This document shows, piece by piece, positions 50,276 through 62,499 of a stretch of DNA of 64,000 nt. Each line of letters begins with the position of its first letter. Within the stretch, counting starts at the first letter, position 1. Under the pieces are notes generated by a model. That model saw nothing but the letters and a program-made list of their open reading frames with translations. It had not been told where the DNA came from and did no database searches. A program made the position numbers and the translations under genes. Source of the stretch: Mobula hypostoma (Eukaryota); the NCBI RefSeq assembly GCF_963921235.1, contig NC_086097.1, forward strand, positions 161,450,001-161,514,000. The letters run 5' to 3'.

Positions 50276-50779
50276 CTGAAAGAATATTTAAAAATAGTAT
50301 CAGCCAACCACAGTCTTTCAAATACATATAAACTTTGCCACTTGAAAATAATGTTTAAATTCTACCCTGGGTTTCCTTTGAGTGCTCTGGTTTTCTTTCC
50401 CATCCTAAACATGTGCTGGCTATTGTAAATGACTCCTTGGTTTAGGTTCATGGTAGGAAGAATCATATGGAATTTGAAGGGTGGGATGGGATACAGGCTG
50501 TGTGTTGTGGGACCATATGGGGAGGGGATGATAGGCTCATAGAAACAGGCAGGAGAAGGGATGGGAAAGGGGAAATGAAGGAAGAGGAAAATTAGGTGGC
50601 AAAATGAGTGTGTGTGTAAGAGCAGAATACCACAGGTTGTGGGTTACCTAAAATAGGAAAATTGAATGTTCAAACTTTGCTGCAGTTTCCAACATCCGCA
50701 GTCTCCTGATTCCATAAGGAAATGGAAGGTCAATGATCATTCTTGTGTTTTGATTAAATGGAGAGCCATTTCTTGAAAC

Positions 50780-51270
50780 ACTGTAATTGTATATATGAGA
50801 TATTCCAGGGACGATGTGACGGGACAGTGAAAGCAGGAGATGAATGTTGGATGTGAATGATTGGTAATTCTGTGCATGGTATCAAAATTGTGGATGGTGA
50901 GGAAGAATGTCCGAGACTTTGCAGCAAGACATAGATCAAGTGGAAAGCTGGGTAGGGCATTGGTAGATGGAAGTGTAATACAGACCAGTTTGAGGTGATG
51001 GATTTTGAGGAGTCAATAAAGAGTAAGACGTAAGTAGTAAAAGGTAGGGCACTAAGGACTGTTGGTAAACAGGGAGTCCTTGAGGTTCAAGTACACAGTT
51101 TCCTGAAAATGGTAACACAGAATAATAATTACAATCAGGTTTATTACTACTGACATACGTCATGATATTTGTTGTTTTGTATAAGCAGTACAGTGTGATA
51201 GATTGGTGATATGCTCACATATGACATGCTCACCTTCATATGTCAAGGCATAGGATATAAAAGTTAGTGT
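50780..51270 (+). mobile_element. Highly decayed CR1 RT fragment
   Basis: Remnants of the FADDTK region and RLCSKT/LQxD segment; CAAGGCATAGGATATAAAAG. Confidence 0.5.
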
Positions 51271-51377
51271 GTTATTTCAGAAAACCCATAGTATTTACAA
51301 ATTGCCAAGCATATGCTGCTTGCTGAATTTAAGGGTAAATGAATTCACCCTAGCAAATCAATTTAATCAAAAGGTTT

Positions 51378-51591
51378 TAAAACGCAAACGACAGGAATTC
51401 TGCAGATGCTGGAAATTCAAGCAACACACATCAAAGTTGCTGGTGAACGCAGCAGGCCAGGCAGCATCTCTAGGAAGAGGTACAGTTGACGTTTCAGGCC
51501 GAGACCCTTCTCTCGGCCTGAAATATCGACTGTACCTCTTCCTAGAGATGCTGCCTGGCCCACTGTGTTCACCAGCAACTTTGATGTGTGT
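51378..51591. mobile_element. Mini fold-back Penelope-like insertion (81-bp arms, 6-nt loop)
   Basis: Arms 51424-51504 and 51511-51591 with an extra tail on the left; TSD AATCAAAAGGTTT at 51365-51377 and 51598-51610 (extends to ~20 bp with 2 mismatches). Confidence 0.92.
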
Positions 51592-51978
51592 CAGTTGAAT
51601 CAAAAGGTTTAGTTACTTTGCTGATACAAACGACTCATTGGGAGACTCTGCTAAAATCACGTCAACCAGCTGAGAAAAAAAACAGCACCAATATGACGTA
51701 GAAGATATTTACAATATATGGAGTTACTTACTAGCAAGACATAGAGGATTTCAGACCAAGTGCTGATAAATGGGATTAGTATATGTGGGAAAATAACAGT
51801 AAGTGAGGAAAGTGAGCCAGAGGGCCTGTTGCTGGGCTGAACGATTCTAGGATTATAAGAAGTTGAAGAACAGTGCTGTGATTGTTAATGCGAACCTGTT
51901 CATCACCTCCTTAGAGAATAAAGCTTTATACTGTACATTTGAATTAGTAAATATTTGACATTTAAGCCATGATATTAC

Positions 51979-52116
51979 CTGCTTTTTAACAAATATCATG
52001 CAATTAACACTGCTACAATCTTGAAGCTGAATCTTTTGCCAGGGTTTTAACAGATTTTCCATATCCCAAAAATAAACTTCTCCTTTATCAGCACATCCAG
52101 CCACGAGTTGATTTTT
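51979..52116 (-). CDS. DENND3: DENND3 penultimate coding exon (138 bp)
   Basis: TTTTTAG|AAA...CAG|GTAATA, phase 0-0: KNQLVAGCADKGEVYFWDMENLLKPWQKIQLQDCSSVNCMIFVKKQ; splices in frame to the 50275 exon. Confidence 0.92.
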
Positions 52117-53153
52117 CTAAAAAGACATGAAAAGATATCTGAGACAATGATATAACTTCTGCTTATTAAGTCACTAATTCAAAAGAAGACTGTGCTACCA
52201 ACCCTAAAGCTGAATCATGTGTTTACATGCATCACTTCCCAACAAGCTGACTGGCTGATTAAATGAAGTACTTTTCTCATGAATTCATTAGTTATTGCAA
52301 ATACCTTACATTGTTTAGTACTTTTTAATGAAAAGTTTAACCTCACTGGCAGTGCTTTCTTGAAAGCCAGTATTATTTGCAGTCAGCCCCTACTTTACAG
52401 GTAGGTGTGGCTGCATTCCTAGAAAATGGTCCGCATTCCGATTTTCTGCAGTTCATCAAGAAATGCAAGTTGAAAAATTTGTTTCAATTTATTTATTTTT
52501 TTCCACATACATTTCCTAAGAGCAAATTTTTATTCTATATCCCAGACTTTTTGGTAATAACAGGTAAAATCCGTAAGGGAAATATTCCATCATCCCAGCT
52601 GTTGTAATGCTGGGATTGCCCATAGATTTTTCTTACGTTATCAAATACTGATTTCTAATGATTCATGGAATATTCATCCATGTGCAAATTACTTTATAAA
52701 GGCAAATCACAGAGGAAAAATTAAGAAAATAGCTACCAGACTGATAGAAAAGATAATTAGAAGCAAAGACAAAGTTTGGTCAATGAATTGAGCTTTAAGA
52801 AATATTTGATGCCAGAGTAGTGGGTTTAAGAAGAGAATAAAAGAATGTGGAATTACATAGTTGAAGGGATACTTCCATCGAATAAGAGAATCTGGGCCAA
52901 AAATCAGAGAATTTGGGTTCATGCTTGCAGGAGCTTCATGCAAGAATATGGGAATAAACCAGTATTTCCCAAAATGGACATTATTGCCAGCCTGGGGGCA
53001 GTGGGAACAATAAAGATAACGGAACAGTAGGGAGGTGCATGGAAGCAAGGGGGGCAGCTGAGGGATTATATTTGTAATTTTAAAAATGAATTACTTCTTA
53101 CAAGCATTTGCTTCTCAGTGCCTCATAATTAATTACAATGATCATGTAATCAC

Positions 53154-53506
53154 TGTAGGAGCTATATATCTATTTTCCGTCTGTCTGTATTGTATTTTGT
53201 GTTGCATGCTCCATTATGGGTCACAGTAATTTGTCACATGGGTCAGGGTGAGGTAGAAGCAAATAAGTATAGCTACATATTCCTTTGTCCTAGTTAGATA
53301 GTTTAGTTTGGTTAGAGGAAGCCAAAGACAAGGACGATAGATTTTGTTGACTACTTAATTATGCTAATTTGAATACTAATTACTCTTATTCCACTATATC
53401 ACTAATTTAATTTCATTAATTTCTAATATCGATATAAAATCATTCAACTTTGCTGGTTTCATATTAAAGTACTAATGAGGCACTATGAACCTATGTCACA
53501 TCCAAC
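53154..53506 (+). mobile_element. Possible 5' LTR of the BEL/Pao element
   Basis: TGT...ACA bounded segment directly upstream of the gag remnants; no second LTR in the window to confirm it. Confidence 0.25.
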
Positions 53507-54465
53507 AGGTCAAAGAGCTCATGGGGACATTCACTTACAACCTGGATACATGCTTTTTTCAGATGATAGAGGTCAATACAGTATTATTGATATGATGTGG
53601 AAGCAAAATGAAATTATAACCTTATTGGCATAACAACAATGCCTGAAAAAGCAATGCAAATCTTCAATGGTGATCCATGCAGTATCATGGATCCATGAAG
53701 GTTTTCGAAAACAGTGTTGAAGGCAAGACACACAGCCATAGTGACTGCCTCTATTTCCTTGAACAGTACACTAGGGGTCACTCTATAGAACTTGTCAGAG
53801 GTTGCCAGCATGTTGACCCCAAAGAAAGATGTGCAAAAGCTAAAGCTTTACGACAGGAATGTTTTGGTAACAAACATAAAATTGCATCCATCTACATGTA
53901 AAAAACTCTTTCTTAGGTACCTATCAAATTTGAAGACAGGAAAGGTCTTCAAGACCACAGTTTTTTTCTTCGAGGCTATTGCAATGCCATGGAAGATGTG
54001 CCATACATGTGTGAGCTGGACATGCCTGCCAATATGTCAATGTCATAAAAAAATTTGCCTATATGGAATAAATGGAGAACAGTGGTCTATAATCTGTAAG
54101 AAAGGCATAACCTTAAGGCTACTTTCACTGACATTGTTGATTTTATTGAAAAGCATGTAGGGATTGCTACACCTGGTATTTGGGAATATACAGAATGTTA
54201 AATCACCTGCAATAAGCAAAGGTGTGAACGAAACCAAGTCACAACTTTGTTCTAAGGCTAACTGAAGCAGTTTTCCCACTACTGACGCCACAATGAGAAG
54301 TAAAATTAAAACTGAACCTGGAAGAAATGGAAGGGAAATGATCTTGTCAGCCAAAGGGGTTTGGCTGATCTGCGAGGTGAAACACACATTGGATTTGTGC
54401 ATTCAGCTGGAGAAAAGGGCTCACAGTGAGAAGATGGTCTTCCTAAAGGAAAATGGTGTCTGCTT

Positions 54466-55583
54466 TCACAAACAGAAGAAAATCTGCACGATTGAAATCC
54501 AAGCAACACACTCAAAATGCTGAGGGAACTCAGCAGGCCAGGCAGCATCTATGGAAAAGAGTCAACAATCGATGTTTCAGGCCCAGACCCTTCATCAGGA
54601 CTGGAAAGGAGGAGGAGAAGTCAGAGTAAGGAGGAGGGCAGGGGAGGAAGAAGTAAAAGATGGTAGGAGATAGGTGGAACCAAGAGAGAGGGAAGGGTGA
54701 AGTAAAGAGTGGGAAGTTGATTGGTGAAAGAGATAAAGGGCTGGAGAAGGGGGGAATGTGATAGGTGAGAACAGCAGACCATGGAAGAAAGGGAAGGAGA
54801 AAGAACATCAGAGGGAGGTGATGGGCAGGTAAGGATATGAGGTGAGAGAAGGGAACAGAAATAGGGAATGCTGAAGGAAGGAGGGTGGGACAATTACCAG
54901 AAGTTAGAGAAACCACTGTCCATGCCATCAAGTTGGAGGCCACCCAGATGGAATACAAGGTAACACACACAAAATGCCAGAGGAACTGAGCAGGTCAGGC
55001 AACATCTACGGAAAAAAGTACAGCCAATATTTTGAGCCGAGACCCTGCAGCAGGTCTGTAGAAAAAAAAGATGAGGAGTAGAACATAAGGTGTTGCTCCT
55101 CCAACCTGAGCATGGCTTCATCATGGCAGTAAAGGAAGCCATTGATTGACATGTCGGAATGGGAATGGGAGGTACTGATGGCATGAACATTGATTTCTCG
55201 AACATCCAGTAACTGCCCCCCTCTTCCTGTTTCCCTCTCTCACCTTACACCTTTACCTGCCCATCACCTCCCTTTGGGGTTCTTCCTCCTTCCCTTTCTT
55301 CCATGGTCTTCTATCTTCTTCCATCAGATTCTCCCCTTCTGCAGCCCTTTATCTCTTTCACCCATCAACTTTCCACTTTACTTCACCCCTTTCCCCTCTC
55401 CCACTTTCACCTATCACCTACCACCTTGTACTTCTTCCACCCCTCCTCCCATCTCCTTACTCTAATTTCTCCTCTTTTTTTCAGTCCTGACAAAGGGTTT
55501 CAGCCCAAAACATCGACTGTTTACTCTTTTCCAGCAATGCTGCCTGGCCTGCTGAGTTCCTCCAGCATTTGCATGTGTTGCTT
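54466..55583. mobile_element. Older fold-back Penelope-like insertion in BEL gag
   Basis: Minus-strand arm ~54466-55170 and plus-strand arm ~55175-55583; 12-bp TSD TGGTGTCTGCTT (54454-54465 and 55584-55595); hammerhead remnants at 54566-54603 (-) and 55482-55519 (+); extra nested pseudo-LTR piece ~54962-55080. Confidence 0.88.
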
Positions 55584-56084
55584 TGGTGTCTGCTTGACTG
55601 TCGGCAAGGATAACGGGAAGCAACTTTCATGAAAGGTTTGCAGTGGCAAGCATACCAGCACACTTCACATTCACTCTAACAAAAAGGGTGTAGAATCAAA
55701 ACAAGCCGTGAAAGAATCAGACAAAACAGTTATTAGTGCCTTGGTATCCAGAGGCCTTACAGGGGCTGATGATCATGACGGTAAACTTCCCATAATTCCA
55801 GTATGTTTAAGAAGGGTAATAAAACAATGGTTACTTATGCTTTCCAAGATCAAGGTAGTACAGCAGTTTTCTGCACAGTGGGCCTCATGAACAACCAGCT
55901 CAACCTCACCCGAAAAAGGACACACATTCTCTTATGTACCATTGATCAAAAGAAGGTAATGAGAAACTGTAATATTTCAGGACTGGAAGTCGCTGGCTTA
56001 GCTGATGAAAACTATTGTGAACTACCTAACATCTATACACAAGACAGTATGCCGGTCCATGGAGGGAACATTCAACATCAGAGG

Positions 56085-56619
56085 GATGCACCTCAGGGGT
56101 GTGTGCTTAGCCCACTGCTCTGCTCTCTATATACCCATGACTGTGTGGCTAGGCATAGCTCAAATCTATAAATTCGCTGATGATACAACCATTGTTGGTA
56201 AAATCTCAGGTGATGAGAGGGTGTACAGGAGTGAGATATGCCAACTAGTGAAGTGGTGTCGCAGCAACAAGCTGGCACTCAACGTCCATTATTAAGGATC
56301 TCCAGCACCCAGAGCATGCCCTTTTCTCACTGTTACCATCAAGTAGGAGATACAGAAGCCTGAAGGCACACACTCAGTGATTCAGGAACAGCTTCTTCCT
56401 CTCTGCTATCCGATTCCTAAATGGACATTGAACCCTTGGACACTACCTGGCTTTTTTTAATGTTTATTATTTTTTGCAGGATTTTAATCTATTCAATATA
56501 CGTATACTGTATAAACTATACTGAATAAGATTTATTCATTTTTTTTAATGTATTGCATTGAACTTCTGCTTTAAGTTAACAAATTTCATGTCACATGCCA
56601 GTGATAACCTGATTCTGAT
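56085..56619 (+). mobile_element. Rex1/Babar fragment nested in BEL
   Basis: APQGCVLSPLLCSLYTHDC, KFADDTTIVG; CCTGATTCTGAT tail; the BEL frame HQRD|LQRWSHL resumes after it. Confidence 0.88.
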
Positions 56620-58157
56620 CTCCAGAGATGGTCTCACCTGAAACATGTACATTTGCCAGAGCTTAATTCAGAAAATGAGCTGCTGATGGGGACAAATGTG
56701 CCTAAAGCACTGGAGCCATTGCAACTGATTCACAGTGTTAATGATAGACTTTATGTGATTAAAACATTGGGCTGGACTGTGAATGAACGACTGAAAGAGG
56801 ACAATGGTGATGGGAGGGACTGTGCACAGCCTGAGCTGACAGGTAACAGGATCTCAATTTTGAACTTGGATAAACTTTGACAGCAGAAGTTCAAGGAAGA
56901 CTTCTTTGAATGTAATCAGGATGAACGACCTGATCTTTCAAGGGAAGGCCACAAGTTCACGGAGCTGGTTGCGGATCCTGCAAAACTGGTCGATGGCCAT
57001 TACTAGGTCAGTTTGCCTTTGAGAAAGAAGAGGATTAGCATGACAAACAACAGGAAGATTGTAGAACAATGTGCACTAAATCTAAGGAAAAGGTTTAAAA
57101 GAAGAATTTGTCATTTCTTATTGACAAAACAGCTTTCATGATGGATGTCATCCCCAAAGGTTACGCAAAAAGCGTGCCAGCAGAAGATCTGGAATGCAGT
57201 GATGGGGAAAGTCTGGTATATTCCACATCATGGTGTAGAGCACCCTAGAAAAGGGAAACTTTCTGTTGTGTTTGACTGTGGAGCAACTTTTCAAGATATA
57301 TCTTATACAAGGACCAGACCTTACTAACTCACTGACTGCAGTCATAACCAGGCTCAGAAAAGAACCAGTGGTGATCATGGCAGGTACTGAATCAATATTT
57401 CAACAGGTTAAAGTACCAGCAGAAGATGCAGATCTGCTGAGGTTTCTCTGGTGACCTGTTAGTGACCTCAGCTTTGGAGCAACTTAATCACTGAGCTGTG
57501 CCAAATCCGCTCTTAAGAAATGCGCAGAAGATAATACAGAATAGTTCAGCTGCGAGATGGTGGAAAAGGTTTTGCATTGCTTCTATGTTGACAACTGCCT
57601 TGTGTCAGCATCTTTGGAGGAAGAAGCGGTGTCTCTCTATCATGACCTTGTATCCGTTTGTTCTAAAGACGGCCTTCAACTCTCAAAGTGGATAAACAAC
57701 AGACATAGTGTACTAGCTGTGATAACAGAAGAGCAAAGAGTGAAAGACATGAAGGATTTGGATTAGAATCAAGATATACCTTCAGTGGAGTGATACTGGA
57801 TGTGTAATACTGTGTTCAGTTTAATATTTTCTGGAGTTAATCCAACCTAAACCACTCACCAGAAGGGGATCTTCTCCACAGTTTGTTCTATCTATGATCC
57901 TTCTGGGATCTTGAGTCCACTGGTACTATTTGCTAAGATGATCATACAAGATCTAGGTAAGAAAGATCTTGGCTGGGATGAAATTATACCAATGTCAGTT
58001 GCTTATGAGTGGACAAGCCAGCTGCAAGAACTCTGGCAGCTGGAAGGCTTCAAGCTTGTTAAATGTTGGAAGCTCCTGGATTTTGGACAAGTTGCTGCTG
58101 CACAGTTCTACTACTTTATAGATGAAAGCAAAGATAGCTATGGAGCCGTGACCTACC

Positions 58158-58574
58158 TGTAAGGGGGTTTCGACTTTTATGTTGCTGCGGAGGCTAATTA
58201 AAATGGCCTCTTTGTTATGTTAATCTGGGGAATGCAGCTTTGTTGTGTTAAACACTGGGAAAGTTTGCGCTAGCAGCTTGTTTTTGTTTAGAGTGTGATA
58301 AGAGGTTGCTTTTAACCAATTGGGATAGTTGTTATGGTTTTGGTGTATTTGAAGATACTGTATGCGCGGGGTTTTGGGGCAGAAGGCGGGAGAGCGAGAC
58401 AGAGGATGGAGGAGGTGCTGTGATGTCTGCTAACGGGGTCGGACCCCGAGGAGGGCAGAGTGGGGTACCTCACACAGCATCCACACAAACTAATTACCCA
58501 GTTTTGCGGGACCGAAGCTGTTTCCCTAGACGACAGCGAGCCAAGCAACTCTGAGAGTGGCCGGGGGGGCTACA
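58158..58574. mobile_element. Solo LTR (417 bp) nested in BEL RNase H
   Basis: TGTA...TACA termini and 4-bp TSD TACC (58154-58157 and 58575-58578); removal restores GAVTY-LRLHN. Confidence 0.85.
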
Positions 58575-58940
58575 TACCTAAGGTTGCACAACACCTGCTC
58601 TCAGGAGCATAATGCATTTATCATGGGAAAATCTAGGGTAGCTTCATAGAAGTCAGTTTCCATCCTTCATATGGAGTTCACTGTTGCTACAATGGCAAGC
58701 CATAGGGACACATTGTGGAAGAAGGAGTTGCACATGCAGCTTCATGGCTCAGTTTTTTGGACTGACAGTACTTCTGTGCTGAAATACATCAAGAATGAAA
58801 CCTCCAGGTTCCCAACCTTTTTTGCAAACAGAGTTTAGAATTCTTAAGGTCTCACAGGCATCACAATTGAGGTATGTAAACACTAGGACCTCAGTATCTT
58901 CTTCAGACTGAAAGGGAATGGCTTGTGAATCATAATTGTT

Positions 58941-61657
58941 TTAAGACCATAAGACAAAGGAGCAGAAGTCGGCCATTCGGCCTATCGCGTCTGCTCCGCC
59001 ATTTTATCATGAGCTGATCCACTCTCCCATTTAGTCCCACTCCCCCGCCTTCTCACCATAACCTTTGATGCCCTGGCTACTCAGATACCTATCAATCTCT
59101 GCCTTAAATACACCCAATGACTTGGCCTCCACTGCCACCCGTGGCAACAAATTCCATAGATTCACCACCCTCTGACTAAAAAAATTTCTTCACATTTCTG
59201 TTCTGAATGGGCGACCTTCAATCCTTAAGTCATGCCCTCTCGTACTAGACTCCCCCATCATGGGAAACAACTTTGCCACATCCACTCTGTCCATGCCTTT
59301 TAACATTCGAAATGTTTCTATGAGGTCTCCCCTCATTCCTCTAAACTCCAAGGATAACAGTCCAAGAGCGGACAAACGTTCCTCATATGTTAACCCTCTC
59401 ATTCCTGGAATCATTCTAGTAAATCTTCTCTGTACCCTCTCCAACGTCAGCACATCCTTTCTTAAATAAGGAGACCAAAACTGCCCACCGTACTCCAAGT
59501 GAGGTCTCACCAGCGCCTTATAGAGCCTCAACATCACATCCCTGCTCCTGCATCCCTATTCCTCGAGAAATGAATGCCAACATTGCATTCGCCTTCTTCA
59601 CTACCGACTCAATCTGGAGGTTAACCTTAAGGGTATCCTGTATGAGGGCTCCCAAGTCCCGTTGCATCTCAGAACTTTGAATTCTTTCCTCATTTAAATA
59701 ATAGTCTGCCCGTTTATTACTTCTGCCAAAGTGCATAACCATACACTTTCCAACATTGTACTTCATTTGCCACTTCTCTGCCCATTCTCCCAATCTATCC
59801 AAGTCTCTCTGCAGACTCTCCCTTTCCTCAGCACTACCGGCCCCTCCACCTATCTTTGTATCGTCAGCAAACTTAGCCACAAAGCCATCTATTCCATAAT
59901 CCAAATCGTTGATGCACAATGTAAAAAGATGCGGACCCAACACAGACCCCTGTGGAACACCACTGGTAACTGGCAGTCAACCAGAATAGGATCCCTTTAT
60001 TCCCACTCTCTGTTTCCTGCCAATCAGCCAACGCTCTATCCATGTATGTAACTTTCCCATAATTCCATGGGCTCTTATCTTGTTAAGTAGCCTCATGTGT
60101 GGCACCTTGTCAAAGGCCTTCTGAAAATCCAAATATACAACATCCACTGCATCTCCCTTGTCTAGCCTACTGGTAATTTCCTCAAAAAATTGTAATAGGT
60201 TTGTCAGGCAGTATTTTCCTTTAAGGAACCCATGCTGAGTTCTGCCTATCTTGTCATATGCCTCCAGGTACTCTGTAACCTCATCCTTGACAATCAACTC
60301 CAACAACTTCCCAACCACCGACGTCAAGCTAACAGGTCTATAATTTCATTTTTGCTTCCTTGCCCCCTTCTTAAATAGCGGAGTGACATTTGCAATCTTC
60401 CAGTCCACTGGAACCATGCCGGAATCTATCGACTTTTGAAAGATCATCGCTAATGCCTCCGCAATCTCCACAGCTACTTCCTTCAGTACACGTGGGTGCA
60501 TTCCATCTGGTCCAGGAGATTTATCTATCTTTAGACTATTCAGCTTCCTGAGTACTTTCTCTGTTGTAATTGTGACTGCACACACTTCTCTTCCCTGCCA
60601 CCCTTGAGTGTCGGGTATATTGCTGATGTCTTCCTCAGTGAAGACTGATGCAAAATACTCGTTCAGTTCCTCTGCCATCTCCTTATCTCCCATTACAATT
60701 TCGCCAGCATCATTTTCTATCGGTCCTATATCTACTCTCACCTGTCTTTTACTCTTTATATACTTGAAAAAGCTTTTAGTATCCTCTTTGATATTATTTG
60801 CTAGCTTCCTTTCATAGTTAATCTTTTCCCTTTTAATGACCTGCTTAGTTTCCTTTTGTAAGGTTTTAAAAACTTCCCAATCCTCTATCTTCCCACTAAT
60901 TTTTGCTTCCTTGTATGCCCTCTCCTTTGCTTTAATTTTGGCTTTGACTTCTCTTGTCAACCACGGTTGTATCCTTCTTCCATTCGAAAATTTCTTCTTT
61001 TTTGGAATATATCTGTCTTGCACCTTCCTCACTTCTCGCATAAACTCCAGCCACTGCTGCTCTGCTGTCTTTCCCGCCAGTGTCCCTTTCCAGTCAACTT
61101 TGGCCAGTTCCTCTCTCATGCCACTGTAATTTCCTTTACTCCACTGAATTACCGACACATCAGATTTCGGCTTCCACAGTGAACTCAATCATGTTATGAT
61201 CACTGCCTCCTAAGGGTTCCTTCACCTCAATCTCTCTAATCACCTCCGGTTCATTACACAATACCCAATCCAGTACAGCCGATCCCCTAGTGGGCTCAAC
61301 AAGCTTTTCTAAAAAGCCATCTCGCAGACATTCTACAAATTCTCTTTCTTGAGATCCAGTGCCGACCTGATTTTCCCAATCTACTCGCATGTTAAAATCC
61401 CCCACAATTATCATAACACTGCCCTTCTGACAAGCCTTTTGTATTTCCTGTTGTAATTTGTAGTCCACATCCCTGCAGCTGTTTGGAGGCCTATAAACAA
61501 CTGCCATCAGGGTCCTTTTACCCCTACAATTTCTTAGCTCAACCCATAAAGATTCTGCAGCTTCCAATCCTATGTCACCTCTTTCTAATGATTTAATATC
61601 ATTTCTTACCAATAAAGCCACGCCTCCCCCTCTGCCTACCTTCCTATCCTTCCGATA
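58941..61657 (-). mobile_element. Young 5'-truncated CR1 LINE ORF2 nested in BEL
   Basis: AVVYRPP, VGDFN, SDHN, KSPGPDG, YLDFQKAFDKVPH, KFADDTK; 3' tail at ~58941. Confidence 0.95.
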
Positions 61658-62499
61658 GGAAGAACTTGGAGAACTTCTGCTAGATGATGGAAGTCAAGAG
61701 AAGTGTTACAATGAATGCTGTGTAGGCTTGAAAGGAGATGGACATGGTAACACATATAATCTATCACTTCTCGTCTTGGACCCATTTGAGGAAGACAGTG
61801 CCCTGGATGCTGAGATTTAAGAACCTGCTTGTTTCTTAGTCAGAAGAGGAAGCAATTGAACATTGCACTTGCTCAGTACGACCTAAATGAAGAGATGAAA
61901 GAATACAAGAGTAGTCATTGGACAGAGAGATTGAAAAGGCCAAATGTCAGATTTGCTAAGGTTGTCCTTCAGTGCAACAGCTCAAATGAGAGGCTACAAT
62001 GGAGATCATCCGTTTATGCCAAAGAAGGTGATTTCCAGATGAATTCTCAAGTTTGCAAGGGGAAGAAACTGAGAAAAGGAACGGTCATATTTTTAAGCTC
62101 AATCCAGTACAAAGATGGTGGCTTGAGAGCTGGTAGACGGTTTAGTAAGGCAGCCATGCCTGAAGAATGTAAACATCCTGTTATACTGGCAAAGGATCTC
62201 CATATCTCAGACATCATTGTGAGGCATGAACATCATGAGGTGGGACATGGTTCCGCCAAAAGTACTGGATTCCTGGTGCTAATACAGCTATAAGAAAAGC
62301 CCTGTTGAAGTGTTCTTTGTTAATGCATTTTGAGGCAAGACAAGGACAGGTTCGTGAACTGCGGTCTGATCATGTGACAAGCTTTGTTGGAGCTGAGCAC
62401 GAGCTGAGAGAAGCCATTGAGAAATGGAACCATCCACGAATCAATGATGTTCTGTACTTAATCCGGAGACGGACAAAGAGTCTATAGAAGTGAGGCAAA

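Larger units (their letters stand above)
53600..62460 (+). mobile_element. Decayed BEL/Pao LTR retrotransposon internal region (gag-PR-RT-RNaseH-IN) in a DENND3 intron
   Basis: In order: gag QIFNGDP...LYFLEQYTRG, knuckle KENGVC, protease TYAFQDQGSTAVF, RT WYIPHHGVEHPRKGKLSVVFDCGA and FYVDNCL, RNase H DESKDSYGAVTYL, FIMGKSRVA and FWTDSTSVL, integrase HPVILAK...HHEVGH and ELRSDHVTSFVGA. Confidence 0.92.

Noticed and set aside
52395..52625. Possible Tigger-like MITE (TACAGGTAG start); similar TIR-like end near 31990-32012
   Set aside because: I could not identify a convincing matching second TIR.
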